A stretch of DNA of 64,000 nucleotides from Lingula anatina (lineage: Eukaryota; Animalia; Brachiopoda), in NCBI GenBank assembly GCA_051362555.1, contig CM120641.1:4650001-4714000 (forward strand), given 5' to 3'. A model generated the notes under the pieces. It searched no databases, was not told the DNA's origin, and saw only the letters and a list, made by a program, of their open reading frames with translations. This document shows, one piece after another, positions 39,337-52,318 of the stretch (within the stretch, counting starts at the first letter, position 1; each line of letters opens with the position of its first letter). The position numbers and the translations under genes are program-made.

Positions 39337-42300
39337 ATGCACAAATGGAGAAGAGGTTGGCTTTCTGGATGGAGAGTGGTGCTACTGGGGTGTATGCTTT
39401 GTGCCTTTCTCAGTGGTATCTTTGGGCTTCTAAAGCCTTTAAAACATGGAAGAAGAGAGTCCAACCAGAAGAGAACAGGTTAGGGAAAACGTGGTGACAA
39501 ATTACCCTCTACCAGGGGGACAGATTGATTTTTCGCAGATATTCACAGATATATCTCTCGATAAATAGACAGTCATTTGGCTCTGTGGATTTTTCCATTT
39601 TCCCTATATTTATAATCTACCACCCTGGTAGAGGGTAGTGACACATAAAAACAGAGACTTCTCGTAATGACTATTTTGCAGTTTGCCCTACGGTTTTGCA
39701 ATGCATGTATAATATGCTGTTTCATTAAATGTTTTAAATATTTTTGAACAGGTGAAGTATTGCACGAAGGCCAGGGTGTTAGAGAATTGATAGCAGCTGC
39801 AGGTGAGAATTGATTAATTTGGAATCAGTTTAAAATAGCACTTACAAATCCCCAGACTGGTACCATTTGTTTAGTAGGGGCTTTCTCTGGCATAAAATAT
39901 TTGATGGCAATTCCTTTATTTTCAAAAGCCATACAGAGGGTGGATTAAGAGAGAATTTTTGACAGTCTTCCAAGTAATATTTGTTGATGCATCCTCCATT
40001 TTTGACTGTCTTTTGACAGAAATGAGATGCCCATCCATGTAAACTTAAAAAGTTCTGACATCTTCCAGAAGACCCAGAAGACGGCTTCTGTCCACCCCTG
40101 ATAAAAATATAAATGGATAGAATCAAATAAAAATTTCATCAGCTGTGCTGTAGACTAAGAATAAATAAGGTTCCCTCTAGCAGGATCACAGGTGGATTTT
40201 TCACTAGATATTCACAGATATCTCTCTGGCTAAAACATGATACGATTCTCTGCTGTTACCCTGTTCTGAAATCTCAAGGATAATAACAGGGTTATTAATT
40301 ATTTGCAGCGAGAGTTTGCGGGAAATTGGATCAATTAACATAGACCTATGGTGTCTGTGGGAATGGGGCCTGAATATTGCATATAAAAGCATGCAGAGAA
40401 CTACTAGTAGATGTGTCCATTGTTCAGGCTTTTTGAACATGCAGGTCTAATACAGTCGTGTTTATCTAAAAGGGTAACTGCAAACAAAGCTCTCTTTTGA
40501 CAAGTGCAGCATACTAACATGAAAAAAATGTCTCTTGGGGCTGTAACAATAAATTTATATTGTTATGCATATTATCCAACCCCAACTAATTAAACTTATT
40601 CAAACATTTATCCACTAATTCATTGAGCTCACTCAGCCCTGTTTGTTTCATAATGTGTGCATTGTGTACCAGATCTTCAACTTCAGAGAATTTAACTAGT
40701 ACATGAATATAAAATACAATTACATGTATTAATGTTAGAGAGCACTAAGAATCAGATAAGTTACAAAGATTATTGCTGTAATAATAAGAAATATATTTAT
40801 ATTGGGCGTGAACCTAAACTTTATTGCTTTTAGCTTAAAAAAAAGAAACAATAACATTAAAATGATAAGATTAAATGCAATATTCTTTTTTTATTTATCT
40901 CCAGATGCAGCTGAAAAATTATTAGATGCAGCCATGGAGAAAATATCAGCTGTGGTTGAAAAATCAAGTAGTGCACTTCTCACAGAAGAAGAACTGGTAA
41001 TGTTCATTTAAAGTTGTAATAAATACAATTTCAACTTAATGAAAGTGGAATCGGTATGTGATATGGAAACTGTTTTTTTTTTGTTTTTTTTTTACTCAAC
41101 CAAAGAGGTGACTCTACATAATAAAGCCTGTCTGCATGCATGAGTTGTACTTGAGAATCAAAGTTGAGCACACTTCTTGTAACAGAATATAATTATACTT
41201 TTAGAGGGTTATAGAGTCCTGATATTATATGTTCTGATCACCCTGTCATCACCATTGCTGTCTGGAAAACATAAGTCCCTAGAGCTGCCAAATCACATTT
41301 TTATTTTCCTTCATATTTTCAGAGTGGCTTTGTATATTTATTAAGCCGTTTCTTTTTGAAAGTCGACTCTACTGTATTATTTTACTGCAAAGTTATTTTC
41401 TTTCTTTTAAATTTTTTTCATGTATTTTGGCAACATTTGCCCCATAATGCCAAACCCTAATTTTGTTTTACTTCAAATTTGCTGAGCGACTTTTTTATGT
41501 TTATGAGTATTTTTCCAAAAGTTACTGATTTTTTTTGTGTTCTTTTTTTTTTTTTTTTTTCCTGTTAGGTGTCTGTATATTTGCCAGCTTTGCTGCTTAG
41601 TCATGTATTGCTACAAGTAGTTAAAAATAAAACTTCTGATCTCTCTTTCGGACTCTTATCTCTCTAATGAAAAGTCAAAGTGGCAGTTAAGTTATGAACA
41701 CTCGGGAAGTCGGGGGCCGGTTTCACAAAGCAGTAGTTAGTTAGCGATCGGTAGTTAGCCTCTCGCTAGTTATAGTGCCGTTTCACAAAGCAGTCGTTAG
41801 TTCTCTCGCTCGTTATTGTCTCGTTGTTGCCTTGGATATTTAACGACTGGTCAGACCAGTTGCTAACTCTAGAGTTTCATCGTACGCATGCGTAATGAGT
41901 GAAATAAAAAGGTTGCTTAGTTACCGTTGTCTGTCGTTTGTCTTTGTATCCAATATGGCGACGACCTTTCTTGCTATCCGTACCGCCAGACAGCAACGTA
42001 GACTACGATGGTTTCATGATAGGCGGAATCTATTAGAATATACACGCGATGATGCAATTTACGAGAGGTTGCGCCTAGCTGTGACAAAAAGAGTGGCAAA
42101 AAGGTGGTGGAGATCCTTTACGACGACCTCAAAGCAGACGTTCTTATGCATTTCCAGCCGCCGAAAATTGGAGAGTTAGAGCTTTCGCGACACTTTTACG
42201 CAAGAGTTCCACTTCCGGTAAACTGTTTCGAGACTACGGTGAGTAACGAGAGAACTAACGACCGAACTTTACGACTGAACTTAGAGATGAGTTAATGACT

Positions 42301-45300
42301 GCTTCATGAAACACCCCTAAAGTTTTCTCGTAAGCGAGATAGTTCAGTAGTTAGTTATTCTAACTAACTACTGCTTCGTGAAATGGGCCCCAGGCCTGAA
42401 AATGGATCAATATCCAGCAAGCAAACATGTTGAACAAATATGTTGGTAAGCTGCAAACTTACTGAAGCCATTTGTCTGGTCCTGTTTGATTAATTGATTC
42501 TCTTTTTTTTTTTTTTTTTTTTTTTTGTAACCAGAATGTGTTTACCTGGACCACAATGTTGCTATCGAGATATCTAACAGTTCAATCAAATGGATATTGT
42601 TTTCCTGCTAAAATATGTCAATTAAAAAAATTATCTGAAATATTATGCATTTGTTTTGTGTGATTTCTAGCAAGAATTTACAAGTTTTCAGCCTTTTTCT
42701 CCATTAGAATAATCTTTACTGTTTTACAGGTTATTTCCTGGTGTTATAAGACTGATATACAGTGGGTTGTGGCCTACTCAGTCTTGACATGGGTATTGTT
42801 TGCACAGTTTCTAGCTTCAATTGCCTCATTTTGTATAAACCTTTCACATCAATTTTATATGATATATGTGCACATGGGTCTATATGCCTGAAGACATCCA
42901 TGACATGATACATCATTCACACCTGACTGATATCTTTAACAAGGCAGCAAAGCTGTCAAATGTACAGACAAAAAGCAGGAAATAACAAAATAGGCTACTG
43001 TCAATTCTGATGCAAAAGTACATTATGTTAAACTGCAAATTCAACATCAAATTCTAATTATGCTCAACAGGTAATACCAATGTAAGTAAAATGTGTAACA
43101 AACATAAGGCTTCAGGCCCATGGGAGTTCAAGTTCACCCTTTGAAAATGTAAAACTTCCAGAAAAAGAAGTCAATTAGACTGCTTTTCCAACTCAGGCTG
43201 CATTTTAGTCCTGTATTTCTTTTTTGAAAGTTTGGCAATAATAAGTAACATGGTTTTCCCATAATGGTCATCATGGCAGCAGCACCCAAAATTGTGTTTT
43301 CTTCTATTCTGATGCAATATTACATAATGGTTACCAGCATAATGACAATCAATTTTTAATAATAAAATATATGTATCATGGATTTTCAGAAAATGTGACA
43401 AGCATGGGTCTTCAAGCCTGTGGAACTTCAAAGTCACACCTTGAAAATGCCAATATGTGAAAAATTAAATTTCACAAAAAAACTGTTTAACTGGCAGATT
43501 GCATTGCCTACTGAAGCTATATTTTAGTCCCATGTTTCTTTCCTGTAAGTTTGAGAACAGTAAGTGACATGGTTTTTCTTAAATGGTCATCATGGGAGCA
43601 GTGCCCAAAATAGGTTTTTTTCAAATTTTGATGCAATATTACATAATGTTTAACAGCATAATGACCATCAATTTTAATAATAAAATATTAGTATCATGGA
43701 TATTCAGAAAATGTGACTAGCAAAGGTCTTCAGGCCCATGGAACTTCAAAGTCACAACTTGAAAATGCCAAAATGTAAACAAGACAGCACTGTTCTGAAA
43801 TGTTTTTTTTTTTCCATTTTTAACAATTTTTAACATAAAACAAAATTAACAGTTTACTGCCATTTTTATATGATCAACTAAAAAAATTGATGAGATGGGA
43901 AAAATATCAATACAGCAGTGTTTAATGTCCTATTTCTTCCATTCTGATATTCTGAACATAGTGAATGATTGAATCTGACAAACTGCAATGATATGAGTTT
44001 ATTTCCATTTTTGAAACTTTATTACACAATACAGGATAACAAATTAACCATCATTTTTACAAAATCAACTAACAATGTTGTAAAGATGCAGGAAATGTCA
44101 AACAAACACTTTTAATATCTTATTAATTAAATAATGAAACTGTTAACATGCCTAAGAATTGAATCTGAGAAAATGTGAAAAAACAACATAACTTCTAAAA
44201 TAATGGCCCAATTATGCTGATCTTTTAACTCAACCTGCATTTTAGAAGGATTGACCACTCCTGTGAGTTTAATGACAATTGGCCTATCTGTTTTTCTTAT
44301 ATTGTGTTTACAGTGTTGCATATATGCTGAAAAGTGAAAAAAAAAGCATAACTACTAAAATAGTGGCCTGATCATGCCAATTTTCTAACTTGACCTGCGT
44401 TTTAGTAAGATAGATTACTCCTGTGAGTTTCATGACAACAGGCCTATCGGTTTTTTTTTTTTTTTTGAAATGTGTTTACAGTGTTGCATATATGCTGAAA
44501 AGTGAAAAATAAAGCATAACTTCTACAATTATGACCCGATCATGCTGATTTTCGAACTTGACCTGCGTTTTATGAATATTCATCAGCTCTGTAAATATAA
44601 AGCCAAAATGTAAAGCTGCCTTCCACTTATCGTGTTTACAATGAAAGTGCACGGCGCCGGCGACGGCGATGACGGGGACGACAGAGGCAGGTGATGGCAA
44701 TATGTACAGACACATCTATATATATTTACTGTACTGTTTGAGAACAGTAAGTGACATGGTTTTTCTTAAATGGTCATCATGGGAGCAGTGCCCAAAATAG
44801 GTTTTTTTCAAATTTTGATGCAATATTACATAATGTTTAACAGCATAATGACCATCAATTTTTAATAATAAAATATTAGTATCATGGATATTCAGAAAAT
44901 GTGACTAGCAAAGGTCTTCAGGCCCATGGAACTTCAAAGTCACATCTTGAAAATGCCAAAATGTAAACAAGACAGCACTGTTCTGAAATGTTTTTTTTTC
45001 CATTTTTAACAATTTTTAACATAAAACAAAATTAACAGTTTACTGCCATTTTTATATGATCAACTAAGAAAATTGATGAGATGGGAAAAATATCAATAGA
45101 GCAGTGTTAAATGTCCAATTTCTTCCATTCTGAGATTCTGAACATAGTGAATGATTGAATCTGACAAACTGCAATGATATGAGTTTATTTCCATTTTTGA
45201 AACTTTATTACACAATACAGGATAACAAATTAACCATCATTTTTTAAAAAAATCTACTAACAATGTTGTAAAGATGCAGGAAATGTCAAACAAAAACTTT

Positions 45301-48300
45301 TACGTATCTTAATTATTAGTTTAATAATGAGACTGTTAACATGCCTAAGAATTGAATCTGAGGAAATGTGAAAAATATGCTGAAAAGTGAAAAAACAGCA
45401 TAACTTCTACAATAATGGCCCGATCATGCTGATTTTCGAACTTGACCTGCGTTTTATGAATATTCATCAGCTCTGTAAATATAAAGCCAAAAAGTAAAAC
45501 TGCCCTCCACTTATCGTGTTTACAAGGAAAGTGCACGGCGCCGGCATCGGCATCGTCATCGCCATCGCCATCGCCATCGGCGACGACAGACGCAGGTGAT
45601 GGCAATATGTACAGACACATCTGTGTCTGTACATAAAAATGCATGATGTGAAGCCACTGTATGACAGTGTGGTTTCCCTGGGATCTACTTGTTCAAATAC
45701 ACTATACAATATCTGTGTAATGGGATATAAGCATCATTTTTTTACTTTTCAGATAACAGATTAATACTGTATAGAATAGCCTAGAGCAGTTTTATGGATT
45801 TTGTAAATTAAAGTAGTATTCTGATTATATTCAGGTTGTGCATCTACTAACTAGATCAGGGTTCAGTATAACCAACAGAAAGTCCCCATGGGAAAAAATG
45901 AGAGAAAATTTAGTAGAAGTTGCAGGAATTCAAAGGAAAGAAAGAGGTGAGAAATTTTGAATGGTTGCTTGGATCCAGTATCATGGTTCTTTGAATTTTT
46001 TTTAACTTCAAGGATATCATATTAAGAAATGCTATACTGAAAGTCTATCACAGGTCCAACATTTTCTTATAGTTGTTAAATACACATCAGTAACTAATCT
46101 TAAAATTATCAGAATATGACAAAAACATAAGGATCAGAGAAGAGTCGTCACCTCCTGGGTGTGTACAGATACTACCAGCCGGGTATAGCACATAGTCAAC
46201 AACAAGCAGATACAGTCAAAAAATGTAAACAAGACAGCACTGTTCTGAAATGTTTTTTTCCATTTTAAACAATTTTTAACATAAAAAAATTAACAATTTA
46301 CTGCCATTTTTATACGATCAACTAAGAAAATTGATGAGATGGGAAAAATATCAATAGAGCAGTGTTAAATGTCCAATTTCTTCCTTTCTGAGATTCTGAA
46401 GTGACATGGTTTTTCTAAATGGTCATCATGGGAGCAGTGCCCAAAATAGGTTTTTTTCAAATTTTGATGCAATATTACATAATGTTTAACAGCATAATGA
46501 CCATCAATTTTTAATAATAAAATATTAGTATCATGGATATTAAGAAAATGTGACTAGCAAAGGTCTTCAGGCCCATGGAACTTCAAAGTCACAAATTGAA
46601 AATGCCAAAATGTAAACAAGACAGCACTGTTCTGAAATGTTTTTTGTTCCATTTTCAGCAATTTTTAACATTAAACAAAATTAACAGTTTACTGCCATTT
46701 TTATATGATCAACTAAGAAAATTGATGAGATGGGAAAAATATCAATAGAGCAGTGTTAAATGACAAATTTCTTCCATTCTGAGATTCTGAACATAGTGAA
46801 TGATTGAATCTGACAAACTGCAATGATATGAGTTTATTTCCATTTTTATGTACAGACACAGATGTGTCTGTACATATTGCCATCACCTGCGTCTGTTGTC
46901 GCCGTCGTCGCCGGCGCCGGCGCCGTGCACTTTCCTTGTAAACACAATAAGTGGAAGGCAGTTTTACTTTTTGGCTTTATATTTACACAGCTGATGAATA
47001 TTCATAAAACGCAGGTCAAGTTCGAAAATCAGCATGATCGGGCCATTATTGTTGAAGTTATGCTGTTTTTTCACTTTTCAGCATAAATGCAACACTGTAA
47101 ACACATTTCAAGGAAAACTGATAGGCCTGTTGTCATGAAACTCACAGGAGTAATCGATCCTAGTAAAATGCAGGTCAAGTTCGAAAATCGGCATGATCGG
47201 GCCACTATTTTAGTAGTTATGCTGTTTTTTCACTTTTCAGCATAAATGCAACACTGTAAACACATTTCAAGGAAAACCGATAGGCCTGTTGTCATTAAAC
47301 TCACAGGAGTGGTCAATCTTACTAAAACGCAGGTTGAGTTCCAGAATCAGCATAATCGGGCCATTATTTTAGAAGTTATACTGTTTTTTCACATTTCCTC
47401 AGATTCAATTCTTAGGCATGTTAACAGTCTTATTGTTTTACTAATAAGATACATAAAAGTGTTTGTTTGACATTTCCTGCATCTTTACAACATTGTAAGT
47501 TGATTATGTAAAAATGATGGTAAACTTGTTATCGTGTATTGTGTAATAAAGTGTCAAAAATGGAAATAAACTCATATCATTGCAGTTTGTCAGATTTAAT
47601 CATTCACTATGTTCAGAATCTCAGAATGGAGGAAATTGGACATTTAACACTGTTGTATTGATATTTTTTCCATCACATCAATTTTCTTAGTTGATCATAT
47701 AAAAATTGCAGTAAACTGTTTATTTTGTTTTATGTTAAAAAAAGTGTTAAAAATGGAAATAAACCCATGTCAGAACAGTGCTGTCTTGTTTCACATTTCC
47801 TCAGATTCAATTCTTAGGCATGTTAACAGTCTCATTATTTAACTAATAAGACATGTAAAAGTGTTTGGTTGACATTTCCTGCATCTTTACAACATTATTA
47901 GTTGATTACTTAAAAATGATGGTAAACTTGTTATCGTGTATTGTGTAATAAAGTGTCAAAAATGGAAATAAACCCATATCATTGCAGTTTGTCAGATTCA
48001 ATCATTCACTATGTTCAGAATCTCAGAATGGAGGAAATTGGACATTTAACACTGTTGTATTGATATTTTCCCCATCTCATCAATTTTCTTAGTTGATCGT
48101 ATAAAAATGGCAGTAACCTGTAAATTTTGTTTTATGTTAAAAAAATTGTTAAAAATGAAAAAACAAAAAAAAAAAAAAAAAAATTTCAGAACAGTGCTGT
48201 CTTTGTTTACATTTTGGCATTTTCAAGTTGTGACTTTGAAGTTACATGGGCCTGAAGACCTTTGCTAGTCACATTTTCTGAATATCCATGCTACTAATAT

Positions 48301-51300
48301 TTTGTTATTAAAATTGATGGTCATTATGCTGTTAAACATTATGTAATATTCCATCAAAATTAAAAAAAAAACTATTTTGGGCACTGCTCCCATGATGACC
48401 ATTGAAGAAAAAACCATGTCACTTACAGTTCTCAAACAGTACAGTAAATAAGTACAGATGTGTCTGTACATATTGCCATCACCTGCGTCTGTCGTCGCCG
48501 TCACTGTCGCTGGCGCTGGCGCCGTGCACTTTCATTGTAAACACGATAAGTGGAAGGCAGTTTTACTTTTTGGCTTTATATTTACAGAGCTGATGAATAT
48601 TCATAAAATGCAGGTCAAGTTCGAAAATCAGCATGATCGGGTCATTATTGTAGAAGTTACGCTGTTTTTTCACTTTTCAGCATATATGCAACACTGTAAA
48701 CACATTTCAAGGAAAACCGATTGGCCTTTTGTCATGAAACTCACAGGAGTAATCGATCTTACTAAAACGCAGGTCAAGTTCGAAAATCCGCATGATGGGG
48801 CCACTATTTTAGTAGTTATGCTGTTTTTTACACTTTTCAGCATATATGCAACACTGTAAACACAATATAAGAAAAACAGATAGGCCAATTGTCATTAAAC
48901 TCACAGGAGTGGTCATTCCTGCTAAAACGCAGGTTGAGTTCAAAAATCAGCATAATCGGGCCATTATTTTAAAGAAATGCCGTTTTTTCACATTTCCTCA
49001 GATTAAATTCTTAGGCATGTTAACAGTTTCAATTTTTAATTAATAAGATACGTAAAAGTGTTTGTTTGGCATTCCCTGCATCTTTACAACATCATTACTT
49101 GATTATGTAAAAATGATGGTAAACTTGTTATGGTGTATTGTGTAATAAAGTGTCAAAAATGGAAATAAACTCATATCATTGCAGTTTGTCATATTCAATC
49201 ATTCACTATGTTCAGAATCTCAGAATGGAAGAAATTGGACATTTAACACTGCTCTATTAATATTTTTCCCATCTCATCAATTTTCTTAGTTGATCATATA
49301 AAAACGGTAATAAACTGTTAATTTTGTTTTTATGTTAGAAATTGATAAAACTGGAAAAAAAAACATTTCAGAACATTGCTGTCTTGTTTACATTTTGGCA
49401 TTTTCAAGTTGTGACTTTGAAGTTCCATGGGCCTGAAGACCTTTGCTGGTCACATTTTCTGAATATCCATAATACTAATATTTTATTATTAAAATTGATG
49501 GTCATTATGCTGTTAAACATTATGTAATATTGCATCAAAATTAAAAAAAAAAACTATTTTGGGCACTGCTCCCATGATGACCATTTAAGAAAACCCATGT
49601 CAGTTACTGTTCTCAAACTTACAGGAAAGAAACATGGGACTAAAATTCAGCTTCAGTAGGCAATGCAGTCTGTTTGGTAATTCTTACTGCCAGTTAAACA
49701 TTTTCACATATTGGCATTTTCAAGGTGTGACTTTGAAGTTCCATGGGCTTGTTTATTATTGCATCAAAATTGGCAAAATTACCTCTTTCGCATCCTTTTT
49801 TCTGTTATTTTGTCTGTACATTTGACAGCTTTGCTGCCTTGTTGAAACTTTATTACACAATACACGATAACAAGTTTACCATAATTTTACAAAATCAACT
49901 AACAATGTTGTAAAGATGCAGGAAATGTCGAACAAACACTTTTACGTATCTTATTAATTAAATAATGAAACTGTTAACATGCCTAAGAATTAAATCTGAG
50001 GAAATGTGAAAAAACAGCGTAACTTCTAAAATAATGGCCCGATTATGCTGATTTTTGAACTCAACCTATGTTTTAGCAGGAGTGACCACTCCTGTGAGTT
50101 TAATGACAATTGGCCTATCTGTTTTTCTTATATTGTGTTTACAGCGTTGCACATATGCTGAAAAGTGAAAAAAAAAGCATAACTACTAAAATGGTAGCCC
50201 GATTATGCTGATTTTCGAACTCAACCTACGTTTTAGCAGGATTGATCACTCCTGTGAGTTTAATGACAATTGGCCAATCAGTTTTCCTTGAAATGTGTTT
50301 ACAGTGTTGCATATATGCTGAAAAGTGAAAAAAACAGCATAACTTCTACAATAATGGCCTGATCATGCTGATTTTCAAACTTGACCTGCGTTTTATGAAT
50401 ATTTATCAGCTCTGTAAATATAAAGCCAAAAAGTAAAACTGCCTTCCACTTATCGTGTTTACAATGAAAGTGCACGGCGCTGGCGACGGCATCGGCGACG
50501 ACAGACGCAGGTGATGGCAATATGTACAGACACATCTGTGTCTGTACATAAAAAGTTGAAAGGAGATTTCAATTACTATGTGGCTGGCATAACTATGAAA
50601 ATTAAGGCACCCAATGACCTCTGACTGGGGCTGCATAGTGGAGAATTTGAATCCAATGTAAAGAAATTATAGTTACATATGAAGTGAACATGGATTTCCT
50701 ATAACACAAACCAATTCTACTAGTTACTCGTACCACCCAAATAAAGTTGACATATCAGGGGACAAACTGCATGGATAATTTGGTCAGCCTTAAAATAAAA
50801 GAGCTCTAAAACTGCACCCTCTTCAAATTTCTGGTGATTTATTGACCTACAATACACGTACTTATCTCGGCATGAGGTAGTAACGTATGGCACTTTACTT
50901 GCATGTGCATGTGTGGTTTTATTTAGTATTATTTACTATGTAAAGCAGCACGATAAGATTCCTTTTTTAGGGAACTTATAACATTTTTATTTGCTTTTCT
51001 CCAATTCTCTGCAAAATTTTTTTTTCCAAAACTTTTAAGCAAAAATAGATACCATTATCAAATTAAACTTTAAAGATGGAAAAATCCATTCTGTGTTTCA
51101 TTTTCCATTTCAGGTTTCCTCACCATTGGTATTTCATCAGTAAAACGATCAGACAATGCACAGTACCTTCATCGAACAATTCAGTCAGTCATCATGGAGA
51201 CATCAGAGGAAGAGAAAAAAGAAATTGTGGTGGTCATATTTTTAGCAGACTTCGATGACATGTACAAGAACAGAACTAAGACACAATTGTCAGAAAATTT

Positions 51301-52318
51301 CAAAGAATATTTAGATGGTGGATTTCTTCAAATTGTAGAAGCTGAAAGAAGTTTTTATCCTCCAGTTCATAAGCTGAACCATAATTTCAATTATTCAAGT
51401 AAACTTATGCAAGAAACCTCAAAGCATAATATTGACCTAGCTTTCATGTCTTTCTATGCTTACAACATGTCTCAGTACTATCTACACTTAAATGATGATG
51501 TTTTATGTGCTCAGAATTTCATTAAAGACATAAAACATTTCATTCATCAGATGCAGTCTTACAGTTGGACCATGTTGCAGTTTTCATTTCAAAGATGTTT
51601 AGGAAATTTGTTAAGATCTGAGGATCTGCCTCAGTTAGGTCAGTTTCTTCTTCTCTTTTTTGAGCAGCAGCCATGTGACAGGTTAATAACACACTTCTTA
51701 AAATCAAAGAATCAATTCAAGAGCTTTCTCAAAAGGCCAACTCTTTTTCAGCAACAGGACTTACAAACTAAACAAACCAATGGATCAGATGACGTAAATG
51801 CCATGCACTTAAAACAAAAAGATTATTTGCCTCTTCGTGGAGAAAATCCTCCCGCTTTATGTAGTACTAATTTAAATGCTGCATCCCCAAAGCATGTATT
51901 AAATCATGCTTACTTGAATGATGGCAATTTCTTTTGGGCAAAATCACCAAAACGTGATGGTTACATCCTAGTAAAATTCCTGGAGTTGCAAAGAATATAT
52001 GCTGCTGAAGTGTACACTGGCCATGTCCTTTACAAGGATGATTTTTTGTATAATGGCATCATTGAAGTTGGCAAAGCTAGTCCTGAGAGTAGAAACATCA
52101 CAAAAAATGCTTCAGCCGAGTTGAATCCGTTTGCAGTTTGTGGGGAGTTTGTGGCCATAGGAAAAATAAACAGCCCTTTCTTTTATTACAGGGATATGTC
52201 CAAACATTTGGATTTCCCTGCTGCTTGTGTGAGAATAACAATAATTGAGAATCAACTTAATTGGCTTATTATTCAGAATATCAAAATTGAGTCAGAGAAT
52301 GCTAAATCTGTAAACTAG
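39337..52318 (+). CDS. MGAT4C: MGAT4C-like (GT54) N-acetylglucosaminyltransferase; join(39337..39478,39752..39802,40905..40996,45835..45946,51114..52318), about 533 aa
   Basis: Type II membrane N-terminus (MHKWRRGWLSGWRVVLLGCMLCAFLSGIFGLL) and helical stem, then FLTIGISSVKR..YL..TI, VVVIFLADFD, YYLHLNDDV, FFEQQPCD, PTLFQ, NPPA, FFWAKSP and a C-terminal lectin-like region ending WLII. All junctions GT-AG and in phase. Exact orthology uncertain. Confidence 0.88.
39502..39638. repeat. Small inverted-repeat element in MGAT4 intron 1
   Basis: taccctctaccaggg ... ccctggtagagggta; a related degraded copy at about 40170-40265. Confidence 0.6.
39935..40100 (-). mobile_element. Old hAT-like MITE, inverted relative of 36348-36527
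   Basis: Reverse complement aligns by eye with 36348-36527. Confidence 0.6.
41714..42390 (+). mobile_element. Internally deleted Harbinger transposon with a transposase 5' remnant
   Basis: About 30-bp TIRs gggccggtttcacaaagcagtagttagttag / ctaactaactactgcttcgtgaaatgggccc; CGG/CAG flanks (CWG-type TSD); encodes RLRWFHDRRNLLEYTRDDAIYERLRL, like Harbinger transposase N-termini. Confidence 0.8.
42938..45639 (-). mobile_element. HINE composite (head-to-tail partial dimer) in MGAT4 intron 3
   Basis: Same termini as 29722-31645; second 5' head at about 44717 joined to internal sequence. Confidence 0.88.
46220..50554 (-). mobile_element. HINE host copy (3'-truncated), split by a nested insertion
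   Basis: Segments 46220-46845 and 49844-50554 rejoin as atttccattttt|gaaactttattacac, the intact sequence seen at about 30765 and 44001. Confidence 0.85.
46846..49843 (+). mobile_element. HINE composite nested in opposite orientation inside a same-family copy
   Basis: Begins (T)nATGTACAGACACAGATGTGTCTGTACAT, ends TGTCTGTACATTTGACAGCTTTGCTGCCTTGTT, inserted in a T run with no TSD. Confidence 0.9.

Noticed and set aside
44476-50636. Recurrent ORFs [13 protein letters not shown]... and MQHCKH... resembling a gene family
   Set aside because: They lie inside HINE copies on either strand, with frameshifts differing between copies; chance frames of a non-coding repeat.
51194-52318. 374-aa ORF as an intronless standalone gene or retrocopy
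   Set aside because: Homology extends upstream to the acceptor at 51113, and four upstream exons supply the TM and stem.
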